DNA from: Nonlabens sp.
GTDB lineage: Bacteria > Bacteroidota > Bacteroidia > Flavobacteriales > Flavobacteriaceae
Direction: 5' to 3'
Assembly (NCBI RefSeq): GCF_051251825.1
Contig: NZ_JBPOGG010000012.1
Span: 2,539-66,538 of the forward strand
Length of the DNA stretch: 64,000 nt
The translations under genes and the position numbers were made by a program. Positions 9,726 to 19,803 of the stretch are shown in pieces. The notes beneath the pieces were generated by a model. It was not told the origin of the DNA and did no database searches. It saw nothing but the letters and a program-made list of their open reading frames with translations. Numbering within the stretch: position 1 is the stretch's first letter; every line of letters starts with the position of its first letter.

Positions 9726-11630
9726 ATGAGCAGCGTTCAAACACACAGCCTTTTTACTGATTTTGACATCAGTTTATTTAAGAGCGGTAAACATTATCGG
9801 CTTTATGAAAAAATGGGTTCGCATGTCATTGAAGTAAATGGTGTAAAAGGAACCTATTTTTCGGTTTGGGCACCTAGTGCACAGTCTGTTGCCGTGATAG
9901 GAGATTTTAATTATTGGGATGATTCCACACATTTATTGAATGTAAGATGGGACAGCAGCGGTATTTGGGAAGGATTTATTCCACATGTAGAACATGGGAC
10001 TACTTATAAATATAAAATCCATTCTTCAAATAATGGTGTTATTACTGAAAAGGCAGATCCTTATGCGAGGCGCTGTGAACATCCACCTAAAACGGCTAGT
10101 ATCGTTTATGATTATAAACCTAACTGGAGTGATCAAAAATGGATGGAAACCAGAGCAAAACATAATGCTCTCGATGCTCCATATTCTGTTTATGAAGTGC
10201 ACTTGGGCAGTTGGAAACGTAAGATAGAAGAAGATAGAAGTTTGAGTTACCATGAACTTTCGTTGGACTTGGTAGCTTACGCGAAAAAGATGCAATTCAC
10301 TCACATTGAGTTCATGCCTATCATGGAATATCCTTATGATCCTTCATGGGGTTATCAGTTAACAGGTTACTTTGCCCCAACGTCTCGATTCGGTTATCCC
10401 GAAGAATTCCAAGAACTCGTTAATGCTTGTCACGAGGCAGGAATAGGAGTCATACTCGATTGGGTACCATCACATTTTCCTGAAGATGCACATGGACTCG
10501 GTAATTTTGACGGAACACATTTATATGAACATCCAGATCGTAAAAGAGGTTATCATCCCGACTGGAAATCATTGATATTCAATTACGGGCGTAATGAAGT
10601 AAAGAGTTTTTTAATTTCCAATTCGTTGTTCTGGCTGGATCAGTATCATATCGATGGATTGAGAGTAGATGCGGTAGCCAGTATGTTATTCTTAGATTAT
10701 TCACGTGATGAAGGAGAATGGGAACCTAATATCAATGGTGGAAGAGAAAATCTAGAAGCTATTGCATTCATGCGCGAAATGAATGAAGCGGTGTACCTCA
10801 ATTATCCTGACACACAAACGATTGCTGAAGAAAGCACCAGTTTCCCTATGGTGAGTAAACCTACTTCTATGGGTGGTTTAGGTTTTGGTATGAAATGGAT
10901 GATGGGATGGATGCACGATACACTGGAATACTTTAAAAAGGAATCGATTTATAGAGGTTATCATCAAAACGATTTGACCTTTTCCATGACTTATGCTTTT
11001 ACAGAAAACTTCATGTTGCCACTATCACACGATGAGGTCGTTTATGGTAAGAGTTCTATTCTAGGTAGAATGCCAGGAGACGACTGGCAAAAATTTGCTA
11101 ACCTACGATTGATGTACAGTTATATGTTTACACATCCAGGAGGCAATCTGTTGATGATGGGATCAGAATTTGGACAACATGCAGAATGGAATTTTGAAGG
11201 AAGTCTCGATTGGCACTTGACCGAGTTTGCACCACATCAAGGAATTCAACAAACCATTACAGACCTCAATAAATTATACAGATCTCAAAAAGCACTTCAC
11301 GAGAAACAATTTGATGCCGATGGATTTGAATGGATTTCTCATGATGATGCTGCAAATTGTGTCATTTCTTATGTGCGTAAAGGTCATGATAGCGAACTCA
11401 TCATCGTTTGCAATCTCACACCAGTACCACGAGAAAACTACCGTATAGGATTACCACAATCAGGAGATTATAAATTGTTGTACAATAGTGATGATGCTAA
11501 ATATGACGGATCAGGATTTAACGTAAAAGAGTCATTTTCAGCACAAGACAAAGAATGGCAACACCGCGCGCAGAGTGTGGAATTGGATTTGCCTCCTTTG
11601 GGAGTTTTGGTTTATGGGTTGGATATATAA
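9726..11630 (+). CDS. glgB: 1,4-alpha-glucan branching enzyme
   Basis: VWAPSA, YEVHLGSW, DWVPSHF, GLRVDAVASM, LSHDEVV. Confidence 0.95.
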   Translation: MSSVQTHSLFTDFDISLFKSGKHYRLYEKMGSHVIEVNGVKGTYFSVWAPSAQSVAVIGDFNYWDDSTHLLNVRWDSSGIWEGFIPHVEHGTTYKYKIHSSNNGVITEKADPYARRCEHPPKTASIVYDYKPNWSDQKWMETRAKHNALDAPYSVYEVHLGSWKRKIEEDRSLSYHELSLDLVAYAKKMQFTHIEFMPIMEYPYDPSWGYQLTGYFAPTSRFGYPEEFQELVNACHEAGIGVILDWVPSHFPEDAHGLGNFDGTHLYEHPDRKRGYHPDWKSLIFNYGRNEVKSFLISNSLFWLDQYHIDGLRVDAVASMLFLDYSRDEGEWEPNINGGRENLEAIAFMREMNEAVYLNYPDTQTIAEESTSFPMVSKPTSMGGLGFGMKWMMGWMHDTLEYFKKESIYRGYHQNDLTFSMTYAFTENFMLPLSHDEVVYGKSSILGRMPGDDWQKFANLRLMYSYMFTHPGGNLLMMGSEFGQHAEWNFEGSLDWHLTEFAPHQGIQQTITDLNKLYRSQKALHEKQFDADGFEWISHDDAANCVISYVRKGHDSELIIVCNLTPVPRENYRIGLPQSGDYKLLYNSDDAKYDGSGFNVKESFSAQDKEWQHRAQSVELDLPPLGVLVYGLDI

Positions 11631-11683
11631 TTTCTCATGCTGAATTGAGCTCAGAATCACAGGATTGATTAACTACAATTTAC

Positions 11684-11697
11684 CGACAACGTTCTCG
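11684..11697. promoter_or_regulatory. Candidate LacI-family operator upstream of GH31
   Basis: CGACAACGTTCTCG, 12/14 palindromic with AACGTT centre. Confidence 0.45.
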
Positions 11698-11802
11698 TAA
11701 CAAATCTCATTTTTAAGTCTCATTTTCGCTGTTTTTTCATAATTTCAGCTGTCCGATTAGTGTAGGCTAATCTGTTATTAAAATATTGAATATCATCATT
11801 TT

Positions 11803-14205
11803 ATGATTACAAATACAGAATTGCATAGCCAGGGAAATGTCTTCCCTAGCAAGCTCAACAGTTTTAACCAAGTAGTAGATACACTTACTTTTCACACAGA
11901 GAATGGTGTAATCTTGCGTTTACAGGTTTTCCGCGACAGCGTGATACGTTTTAAGTATGGAACTGGTGGGAAACTTGAAGAAGATTTCTCTTACGCGATT
12001 GATGAAGATGGGAATCGTGGTTATAACAAACTGGAAGTAAAAGAAAAAGATACGCATTATGAGATTACTACTTCTAAGGTAGTTTGTCATATCGCCAAAG
12101 CAGATTTGCGTTCTCGTATTTTTGACCTTAATGGTAAAATCATCTGTGAAGACGAGCTAGGATTTCACTACGAGGAAAGCTATGAATACGGTGGTGAGAT
12201 TGTAAAAATGTCTAAGAAAGCACAACCTGGAGAAAGCTACTACGGCCTAGGTGATAAACCAGCCGATAATAACATGCGTGCTAAGCGTTTTGAATTATGG
12301 GGAACAGATCAGTACGCTTTTGGAAAACAAACAGATCCTTTATATAAAAACGTTCCTTTCTATGTAGGCTTACAGAATAAAATCGCCTACGGGATTTTCT
12401 TTGATAACACCTTTAGATCTTATTTTGACTTTGCACTAGAGCGTCACCACGTGACTAGCTTCTGGGCACAAGGTGGCGCTATGGATTATTACTTTATTTA
12501 TGGTCCAGATGTCAATAGCGTAGTAAGTGGCTATACCGAGTTAACTGGTAAACCTGAGTTACCACCATTGTGGGCACTAGGTTATCACCAGTGTAAATGG
12601 AGTTATTATCCAGAAAGTAACGTAAGAGAAATTGCGGCAAAATTCCGCGAACTTCAAATTCCATGTGATGCGATATATCTAGATATTGACTACATGGATG
12701 GATTCCGTTGTTTTACTTGGGATAACGAGAAGTTTCCAGATCCTACTAAAATGATCAGTGACTTAAAAGAAGATGGATTTAAAACCATCGCTATCATAGA
12801 TCCAGGAATTAAAGTAGATCCAGAATACAGTGTCTATCAAGAAGCTATGGAAAAAGACTATTTCTGTAAACGAGCAGATGGTCCTTATATGAAAGGTAAA
12901 GTATGGCCTGGACAGTGTTATTTCCCAGATTATACAAATCCCAAAGTAAGAACCTGGTGGGCAGATTTATTCAAAGGACTCATTGCAGATAATGGACTTG
13001 CCGGAATATGGAACGATATGAACGAGCCTGCTGTTATGGAAGTGCCTAATAAAACCTTCCCAAATGACGTGCGCCACGATTATGATGGTCATCCTTGTTC
13101 TCATAGAAAAGCACACAACATTTATGGAGCTCAAATGGCACGTGCAACTTATGAAGGTGTGAAGAAATTCATTTACCCTAAACGACCATTTGTTATTACA
13201 AGATCAGCTTATTCTGGAACGCAACGTTACACGAGCAGTTGGTTTGGTGATAATGTAGCTACTTGGGAACATTTAAGTATTGCAAATATTCAGGCGCAAC
13301 GTATGGCGCTGTCTGGAATGTCATTTGCAGGATCAGACATAGGAGGATTTGCAGATCAGCCTACGGGAGAACTATTTGCTCGATGGATTGCACTTGGTGT
13401 TTTTCACCCGTTTTGTAGAGTACACTCGAGTGGTGATCATGGAGATCAAGAACCATGGACATTTGATGAAAACGTAACAAACATCACAAGGAAGTTTGTG
13501 GAATTGCGTTATAAATTACTTCCTTATCTATACACCACATTCTGGCAATATGCAGAGGAAGGAACGCCTATGTTAAAGTCGCTCGTGGTTTATGATCAAG
13601 AAGACGCGCAAACACATTATCGCAACGATGAGTTTATGTACGGAGATAAATTTTTGGTTTGTCCGGTTCTAGAGCCTAATGCCAAAGGTCGCAGAATGTA
13701 CATTCCGCGTGGTGAGTGGTACAATTTCTGGACCAGAGAAACCATTAGTGGTGGAAAAGAAGCTTGGGTAGATGCAGACATTGATGAGATACCGCTATTT
13801 GTAAAAGCTGGTGCGATTATACCGCGCTATCCTGTGATGCAATATGTAGGTGAGAAGAAGATTGAATTCTTAACGCTGGATGTATTCTATACTCAAGGAA
13901 AAGAAAAGTCTGTGGTTTATGAAGATGCAAACGATGGCTACGATTACAAGAAAGGCCGTTTCAGTCTTAGAAACTTAACTTTTAAAGGTTCTGAAAACGA
14001 AATGGTGATCTCTCAATATAAAGACGGGAAATTCATTACTGAATATGAAACGCTACGTTTCAACTTTATAGGTTTACCATTTGAAATTGACTTTGTTGAG
14101 GTGGATAATAAGAAGTTGACTTTTGAGGAATTGAAGTATGATCTTAAAACTCAAACTATGTACATCGATAAGAATTTTGTGGAGCTACACATTGTAGGGA
14201 AGTAA
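11803..14205 (+). CDS. GH31 alpha-glucosidase
   Basis: WALGYHQCKWSY, IYLDIDYM, GIWNDMNEP (nucleophile), GSDIGGF. Confidence 0.9.
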   Translation: MITNTELHSQGNVFPSKLNSFNQVVDTLTFHTENGVILRLQVFRDSVIRFKYGTGGKLEEDFSYAIDEDGNRGYNKLEVKEKDTHYEITTSKVVCHIAKADLRSRIFDLNGKIICEDELGFHYEESYEYGGEIVKMSKKAQPGESYYGLGDKPADNNMRAKRFELWGTDQYAFGKQTDPLYKNVPFYVGLQNKIAYGIFFDNTFRSYFDFALERHHVTSFWAQGGAMDYYFIYGPDVNSVVSGYTELTGKPELPPLWALGYHQCKWSYYPESNVREIAAKFRELQIPCDAIYLDIDYMDGFRCFTWDNEKFPDPTKMISDLKEDGFKTIAIIDPGIKVDPEYSVYQEAMEKDYFCKRADGPYMKGKVWPGQCYFPDYTNPKVRTWWADLFKGLIADNGLAGIWNDMNEPAVMEVPNKTFPNDVRHDYDGHPCSHRKAHNIYGAQMARATYEGVKKFIYPKRPFVITRSAYSGTQRYTSSWFGDNVATWEHLSIANIQAQRMALSGMSFAGSDIGGFADQPTGELFARWIALGVFHPFCRVHSSGDHGDQEPWTFDENVTNITRKFVELRYKLLPYLYTTFWQYAEEGTPMLKSLVVYDQEDAQTHYRNDEFMYGDKFLVCPVLEPNAKGRRMYIPRGEWYNFWTRETISGGKEAWVDADIDEIPLFVKAGAIIPRYPVMQYVGEKKIEFLTLDVFYTQGKEKSVVYEDANDGYDYKKGRFSLRNLTFKGSENEMVISQYKDGKFITEYETLRFNFIGLPFEIDFVEVDNKKLTFEELKYDLKTQTMYIDKNFVELHIVGK

Positions 14206-14227
14206 AATTTTCATTTGAATATTTTAT

Positions 14228-14257
14228 AAAGAGAAGTCGAGAGGCTTCTCTTTTTTT
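14228..14257 (+). terminator. Intrinsic terminator after GH31
   Basis: aaagagaagtc-gaga-ggcttctcttttttt. Confidence 0.78.
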
Positions 14258-14295
14258 ATGCAGCTATTTTAGGTAAAGATTGCTTGTCGTAAACT

Positions 14296-14311
14296 CGCTT
14301 TCGCGAAAGCG
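14296..14311. repeat. 16-bp palindrome copy 4 (perfect), intergenic
   Basis: ACT-CGCTTTCGCGAAAGCG-TAA. Confidence 0.95.
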
Positions 14312-14408
14312 TAATTATAAAAATTAAATGTAAAAATTATCCCAATTGTTAAAATGCCAACATTTTTCTTTTAAATCAAGGTTAATATTGTAAACTAAAT
14401 AAATTTCA

Positions 14409-15584
14409 TTGAAAAACGATTACGCTTTACAACCAGCTTTTAGAATATTTGCGATAAGTTTATTTCTTGTGCTTTTTACTATGAATGCAAAGGCACAGAA
14501 ATTAGAAAAACTAAAAGAGTTTTTTACTTTCTATCCTAACGCAGTTGCTGCAGAAAGAGACACGACACTCTATTTGCAAAAATTTATTGCCGCGCCAGTA
14601 GTAAGTTATTCTCCAGAGACAAACTTTGCATTTGGTACTGGAGCAAAGTACCTTTTTAAATTTGCAGGTAGTGGTGAAGAAACACGAGTTTCTAATATGC
14701 CCATGACATTACAGTATACCTTAAATAGTCAGTTTTTCTTGTACTCGGGTTTTGAGGTATTTACAAATCAAGAAAAATGGGTAATAGAAGGAAATTTACT
14801 TTTTCAAAATTATCCAAGAATCTATTACGGAATGGGGAACAATACTCCAGTTACAGCAGAGGAGCAATATGATTACAATCAGTTTTTATTTGAGCCTATT
14901 TTCTTAAAAAGAATGTTTCATAGATATTTATTTATAGGAGCTGGCGTGAGGTATAATCATATTTATAACACAAAGATTGAGGACGACGGACTTATAGCTC
15001 AAAATAGACCTGACGGTTTTGACGGTTCCACTTCTATGGGTGTTGAAGTAGCGTTATTATATGATAGTCGTAGTAATATTTTAAATTCTCAAGATGGCTG
15101 GTATTTTGAATTTACTCATGGTAAGTATGATAAAGTTTTAGGAGGAACAAACATTTTTAATCTCACGAGATTTGATTTAAGGCATTATGTAGAAATCTCT
15201 AAGAAATCTAAAGATGTGCTAGCATTTCAGTTTGCAGGCCGCTTTACCAGGGAAAATATTCCTTTTTCTGAGTTTTCGTTTTTCGGTAGTAGTGAATTGA
15301 TGCGTGGTTATCAAGAAGGGAGATTTGTAGATCGCGACATGCTCGCTACGCAAGTGGAATACCGTAAGCGATTTAAAGATAGTAGAATAGGAGCTGTTGC
15401 TTTTGTGGGAACTGGAGATGTTTATAATAATGTTACTGACTTTCAATTTAATAATTTAAAGCCTAATTATGGCGCTGGTTTGAGATACATGCTCGATAAA
15501 TCTGAGAATCTGAATATAAGATTGGATTGGGGATTTGGTCGTGGGACAAATAGTTTCTATCTAGGAATTGCAGAGGCTTTTTAA
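14409..15584 (+). CDS. Omp85 (BamA/TamA)-family barrel protein without obvious POTRA domains
   Basis: Signal peptide ...NAKAQ; YSPET, YDSRSN, MRGYQEGRF (VRGY-like), C-terminal LGIAEAF; TTG start uncertain. Confidence 0.75.
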   Translation: MKNDYALQPAFRIFAISLFLVLFTMNAKAQKLEKLKEFFTFYPNAVAAERDTTLYLQKFIAAPVVSYSPETNFAFGTGAKYLFKFAGSGEETRVSNMPMTLQYTLNSQFFLYSGFEVFTNQEKWVIEGNLLFQNYPRIYYGMGNNTPVTAEEQYDYNQFLFEPIFLKRMFHRYLFIGAGVRYNHIYNTKIEDDGLIAQNRPDGFDGSTSMGVEVALLYDSRSNILNSQDGWYFEFTHGKYDKVLGGTNIFNLTRFDLRHYVEISKKSKDVLAFQFAGRFTRENIPFSEFSFFGSSELMRGYQEGRFVDRDMLATQVEYRKRFKDSRIGAVAFVGTGDVYNNVTDFQFNNLKPNYGAGLRYMLDKSENLNIRLDWGFGRGTNSFYLGIAEAF

Positions 15585-15597
15585 CTAACTCTATCAA

Positions 15598-15957
15598 TTA
15601 TTTTTTTTCAAGAGCTATCGCTTCATTAATATAGTTTTTAAGTAAAATGGTATTCACATTATCGTCTTCACTATATCGTAGTTGTCTCAATAATTGTGTT
15701 TTGCCTGGTTGAGCATTAATTAAAACTTCCTGCTTGTCTTCTAGTAAAGCACCTTTATGAAACCAAACGGCGCAATGATTCTTAAATCCAACCATTCCTA
15801 TGAGATTTTTACCATTTAAGGTATAGCACGGTGCGCCCCATTTTATAGTTTCTACAAGTTCTGTTTCTTTCAGAACTTTGGTTATTGCGTTAAAATGCGT
15901 CTTCCATTTAGAATGCAATGAGATGTATTCTTCTGTATTCTCAGCTTTTTTGTTCAT
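15598..15957 (-). CDS. DUF1801 / YdeI-like protein
   Basis: ETIKWGAPCYT, WFHKGALL. Confidence 0.75.
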   Translation of the reverse strand: MNKKAENTEEYISLHSKWKTHFNAITKVLKETELVETIKWGAPCYTLNGKNLIGMVGFKNHCAVWFHKGALLEDKQEVLINAQPGKTQLLRQLRYSEDDNVNTILLKNYINEAIALEKK

Positions 15958-16043
15958 GAGATAAAGTTAAAGAATTGTTTATTGAAAAACAATTAACATT
16001 TAACAGACTGTTTAGGTTTAATTTTAACATAAATAATCAACCT

Positions 16044-17108
16044 ATGTTATCATTTTTACAAGACCCAATACAAAATAATCCTAATGATGTAAGAGGAGAA
16101 ATCGATTTAAATACCCAAAGTTTGTGGCAAAAAATTGATTCCTGGCTCGATGGTTTTATAAAAAACTTGCCCAACATCGTTATTGGAATTGTATTATTCA
16201 TTTTGCTTATTTTCATAGCGAGATGGTTAGGTAGTTTTATAAAGAGAAAATTAAAGCAAAGAAATCGCTCTAATTTTGGCGAAATTCTAGGAAGTTTTAC
16301 CAAGTGGATTATTATCCTTTTGGGCTTCTTCTTTTGCTTAACTATCGTTGCACCTTCATTAAGTTTTGGTGATTTAATAGCTGGAATGGGTGTGAGTAGT
16401 GTGGCAATAGGTTTTGCATTTCAAGATATTTTACAAAACTGGCTAGCAGGTATTTTAATATTAACTAGACAACCCTTCAGAATAGGAGATGAGATTGAAA
16501 TCAATGGTATGAAAGGTCGTGTAGATCGTATAGAAACGCGTGCTACTATCATCACTACGTATGATGGAATAGATATAGTTGTTCCTAACAATGATATCTA
16601 TACAAATGCTGTTAAAGTAATTACTGCACATGACCATATACGTTCTCAATATGATATAGGATTAGGATATGATCAACCCTATGATGAGGCTGTAAAAGTG
16701 CTAAGAGAAACGCTGGAAAGTATAGAAGGAATTGCTCAAGATAAACCTATCGATATTTTAAACTGGGATCAAGCAGATAGCTGGTTGACTATTAGAGTAC
16801 GATGGTGGACTGATTCTAAACGTGGTAACGTTGTGAAAACTTTTAGCGAGGTAATCGCAAAAACACAACACGCTATGGATGATGCAGGAATAGATTTACC
16901 ATTCCCAACTCAAGTTCAAGTACGTGATGCGCATGATGTAAAAGAAGCTCAAAAGCGTAAAGATCGTAAAGAGGCTCAAATCATTAAGGATCATGAAAAG
17001 AATGAAAACGAAAAGCCTAAACAAGATAAGGCTAAAGATGAATACACTACCAAATCAGTGGATAAGGTGAGTACTAACCAAGCTCTTGACAAAGAAGATA
17101 GAGAATAA
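16044..17108 (+). CDS. MscS family mechanosensitive channel
   Basis: GFAFQDILQNWLAG, QPFRIGDEI, IVVPNN; start moved to ATG 16044. Confidence 0.88.
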   Translation: MLSFLQDPIQNNPNDVRGEIDLNTQSLWQKIDSWLDGFIKNLPNIVIGIVLFILLIFIARWLGSFIKRKLKQRNRSNFGEILGSFTKWIIILLGFFFCLTIVAPSLSFGDLIAGMGVSSVAIGFAFQDILQNWLAGILILTRQPFRIGDEIEINGMKGRVDRIETRATIITTYDGIDIVVPNNDIYTNAVKVITAHDHIRSQYDIGLGYDQPYDEAVKVLRETLESIEGIAQDKPIDILNWDQADSWLTIRVRWWTDSKRGNVVKTFSEVIAKTQHAMDDAGIDLPFPTQVQVRDAHDVKEAQKRKDRKEAQIIKDHEKNENEKPKQDKAKDEYTTKSVDKVSTNQALDKEDRE

Positions 17109-17130
17109 TCTTTACAGAGATTTTGAAAAT

Positions 17131-17158
17131 AAAAAACGAGCCGCTAGGCTCGTTTTTT
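17131..17158. terminator. Bidirectional intrinsic terminator
   Basis: aaaaaacgagcc-gcta-ggctcgtttttt. Confidence 0.8.
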
Positions 17159-17180
17159 GTATTTATATAAACTGGTTAAG

Positions 17181-17780
17181 TTAGAATCTCCATCCAAAAT
17201 TAACACCAGCACGGCCAGTAACTGCTGGCAATTCATAGTCTTGTGGATCACTTGCAATTCCTAGATTACGTCCTACTCCTACACCTAAGTCTATTAGGAA
17301 ACCACTATCGCTTACCCATTTCCATCCTATACCTACACCGATTGCCGCTTCAGTATAAGACTCAGTATTGTAGTTCTCGTTTCCAAACATGCCACCTACG
17401 TAATAACTATCTTCAAATGAGAACACTTTTACAAATCCTTCTCCATAAAAACCCTTTGCTCCATAATCTTCTTTAGAGAAGAAGTACTGTCTGTAATAAG
17501 GTGTGATGCTAAATTTTTCATAGTAATCAAATTGATCATCATTATCTAAAATACCTATGTTAAGATCTACTCCTACACCAGAGTATCTTCCTAGCACATA
17601 TTCATATCTAGGATTGATACCTAGACCAGCAATTGCTGCTACCACATCAAGACTGACTTCATGTTTTTTAACAGCGTTAAACTCATTAAGGCGCTCTTGA
17701 CTATCTGTAAGATTGTCATCTTGTGCTAGTGCTGTAGCTGAAATTAATACAACTACTAAACTTAAAAGGATTTTTTTCAT
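17181..17780 (-). CDS. Outer-membrane beta-barrel protein (DUF3575-like)
   Basis: Signal peptide ALAQ; PYYRQYF, GIGWKW, C-terminal GVNFGWRF. Confidence 0.7.
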   Translation of the reverse strand: MKKILLSLVVVLISATALAQDDNLTDSQERLNEFNAVKKHEVSLDVVAAIAGLGINPRYEYVLGRYSGVGVDLNIGILDNDDQFDYYEKFSITPYYRQYFFSKEDYGAKGFYGEGFVKVFSFEDSYYVGGMFGNENYNTESYTEAAIGVGIGWKWVSDSGFLIDLGVGVGRNLGIASDPQDYELPAVTGRAGVNFGWRF

Positions 17781-17940
17781 AGTTTGATTTTGTTTTTATT
17801 TAGATGCACTATATATAAATTGGTTGCGTGAATCTGAATCATAAATTAATAAATCGATTCAAATAATTATCGATGGAATAAATGGTATCAAATTACGTGC
17901 CGTACAACACAGTTTTGTGATTAAAACGAGTTGGATGAAA

Positions 17941-19176
17941 TTATTTTTCTTCAGCGACTAATTCTGCAATTTTTACAATCACTTCAGTAGCTTTAATCAT
18001 GCTTTCTACAGGAACATATTCATAAGGACCGTGGAAGTTGTGTCCACCAGCAAAGATATTAGGACATGGCAATCCCATATAGCTCAATTGAGAACCATCA
18101 GTTCCACCACGTATAGGTTTGATAAGTGGTTCTATGCCTAGTTCACGCATCGCTTTTTCTGCAACATCTACGATGTGCATTACTGGTTCCACTTTCTCTC
18201 GCATATTGAAATACTGATCTTTTATTTCAATGGTAATTGCTTCACGATCGTATTGAGCGTTTATATCTGCAACGAGTTTTTTCATAACTTCTTTACGAGC
18301 CTCAAAATGTCCCATATCGTGATCTCTAATAATGTAATGAAGTTCTGTTTTTTCAACAGCACCTTTCATATTATGAAGATGAAAAAATCCTTGATAACCT
18401 TCAGTATGTTCAGGTGTTTCCATTCTAGGTAAGGACTCGATAAACTCTTGAGCGATATACATGGAGTTGATCATCTTGCCTTTTGCATATCCAGGATGCA
18501 CTATTTTACCGTGAACGGTTACTACTGCGCCGGCAGCATTAAAGTTCTCGTATTCTAATTCTCCTATTTGACTTCCATCCATTGTGTAAGCCCAATCTGC
18601 ACCAAATTTCTCTACATCAAATTTATGTGCACCACGACCTATTTCTTCGTCTGGAGTAAATCCTACTTTAATCGTTCCGTGTTTAATGGATGGATTATCG
18701 ATCATAACTTTCATTGCGGTCATGATTTCTGTAATTCCAGCTTTATCGTCGGCAGCGAGTAGGGTAGTACCGTCAGTGGTAATGATGGTCTGACCTTTAT
18801 ATTGTGTTAAGGACTCAAAATATTCAGGAGTAAGTACGAGGTCACTTCCTTTTAAAGGAATATCGCCTCCATCATAATCGTGAATAATTTGCGGCTTGAT
18901 ATCCTTACCCGTAAAATCTGGTGTACTGTCGAAATGTGAAATAAATCCTATTACAGGAACGTCATGATCCACGTTTGATGGTAAAGTTGCCATCACATAA
19001 GCGTTTTCATCGATACTTACATTGCTCATTCCCATGTCTATGAGTTCTTGATGCAGCTTGCGAGCAAGATCCCATTGCTTCATAGTACTAGGAGTAGTGT
19101 CGCTGGACGCGTCAGACTCTGTATCAATGGTGATGTAACTTATGAATCGATCTGTAATTTCTTGTTTATTAATCAT
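17941..19176 (-). CDS. pepT: Peptidase T (tripeptide aminopeptidase, M20B)
   Basis: GFISHFDS, LLAADDKAG, FTPDEEIG, IRGGTDG, FHGPYEY. Confidence 0.93.
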   Translation of the reverse strand: MINKQEITDRFISYITIDTESDASSDTTPSTMKQWDLARKLHQELIDMGMSNVSIDENAYVMATLPSNVDHDVPVIGFISHFDSTPDFTGKDIKPQIIHDYDGGDIPLKGSDLVLTPEYFESLTQYKGQTIITTDGTTLLAADDKAGITEIMTAMKVMIDNPSIKHGTIKVGFTPDEEIGRGAHKFDVEKFGADWAYTMDGSQIGELEYENFNAAGAVVTVHGKIVHPGYAKGKMINSMYIAQEFIESLPRMETPEHTEGYQGFFHLHNMKGAVEKTELHYIIRDHDMGHFEARKEVMKKLVADINAQYDREAITIEIKDQYFNMREKVEPVMHIVDVAEKAMRELGIEPLIKPIRGGTDGSQLSYMGLPCPNIFAGGHNFHGPYEYVPVESMIKATEVIVKIAELVAEEK

Positions 19177-19617
19177 TTAATATCTGTAAATAGGTGTGTA
19201 TAGTTGACTGAAGTAACTGCGGCGTCTTAATTGTTGCCACGCTAGGTTTGAATTACTGTAGTAAGGATTCTGTATGGTAATACTTGCCGGTACTGCGAGA
19301 GCGTCTTGCTGCTGCCTCTGTAATTCTCTTTTTCTTTCAAAATGAGCTACTATATGAGGCGTATATTCTTTGTGTTCTAGTTCTTGAGAATCTCTATAAA
19401 TACCCATCATATCTATAGCCTCACGATCTCGTGTTACAGAAAATGCTCGAGGATCATTACGCATGTAACGACTATTAAAACTGAGTTTGACATTAATTTC
19501 TGGTTGTGGTAATACATAAATATTGAACTGCTCGAGCTCATTCTCAAAGTTGATTTGAGCTTGAGAATAAACACCGCATAATGCTATCGAAATTAATAAA
19601 AGCAGTTTCCCTTTCAT
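19177..19617 (-). CDS. Hypothetical secreted protein
   Basis: Signal peptide ending SQAQ; stop abuts pepT start. Confidence 0.6.
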   Translation of the reverse strand: MKGKLLLLISIALCGVYSQAQINFENELEQFNIYVLPQPEINVKLSFNSRYMRNDPRAFSVTRDREAIDMMGIYRDSQELEHKEYTPHIVAHFERKRELQRQQQDALAVPASITIQNPYYSNSNLAWQQLRRRSYFSQLYTPIYRY

Positions 19618-19643
19618 AGGTTATAAAGATAAGAAATGTGTTG

Positions 19644-19659
19644 CGCTTTCGCGAAAGCG
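19644..19659. repeat. 16-bp palindrome copy 5 (perfect), 26 nt upstream of ATG 19617
   Basis: TTG-CGCTTTCGCGAAAGCG-GAAT. Confidence 0.95.
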
Positions 19660-19681
19660 GAATTCTTAAACTTTACTGCAC

Positions 19682-19716
19682 AAAAAACGAGCCGTTTCCC
19701 TAAAAACGTCTCGTTT
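19682..19716 (-). terminator. Probable terminator after T9SS gene
   Basis: aaaaaacgagccgtt...aacgtctcgttt imperfect stem, T-run on minus strand. Confidence 0.5.
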
Positions 19717-19803
19717 ATAAAATGTCCATAATTCATTCAGGACTTCATTCCTTCTACAACCGCTCTAAATTCCCGTAAAAAGCGATTGAGTTCATCTACA
19801 GCT

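Noticed and set aside
10275-10289. GCTTACGCGAAAAAG in glgB, similar to the palindrome
   Set aside because: Only 12/15 matches and not palindromic; could be chance, so not counted.
7048-11630. Glycogen operon as a novelty
   Set aside because: glgA-glgC-glgB is an ordinary arrangement; listed under features only.
17131-19716. Shared AAAAAACGAGCCG in two terminators (17131, 19682)
   Set aside because: Mostly A-tract plus a short stem; two copies do not make a repeat family.
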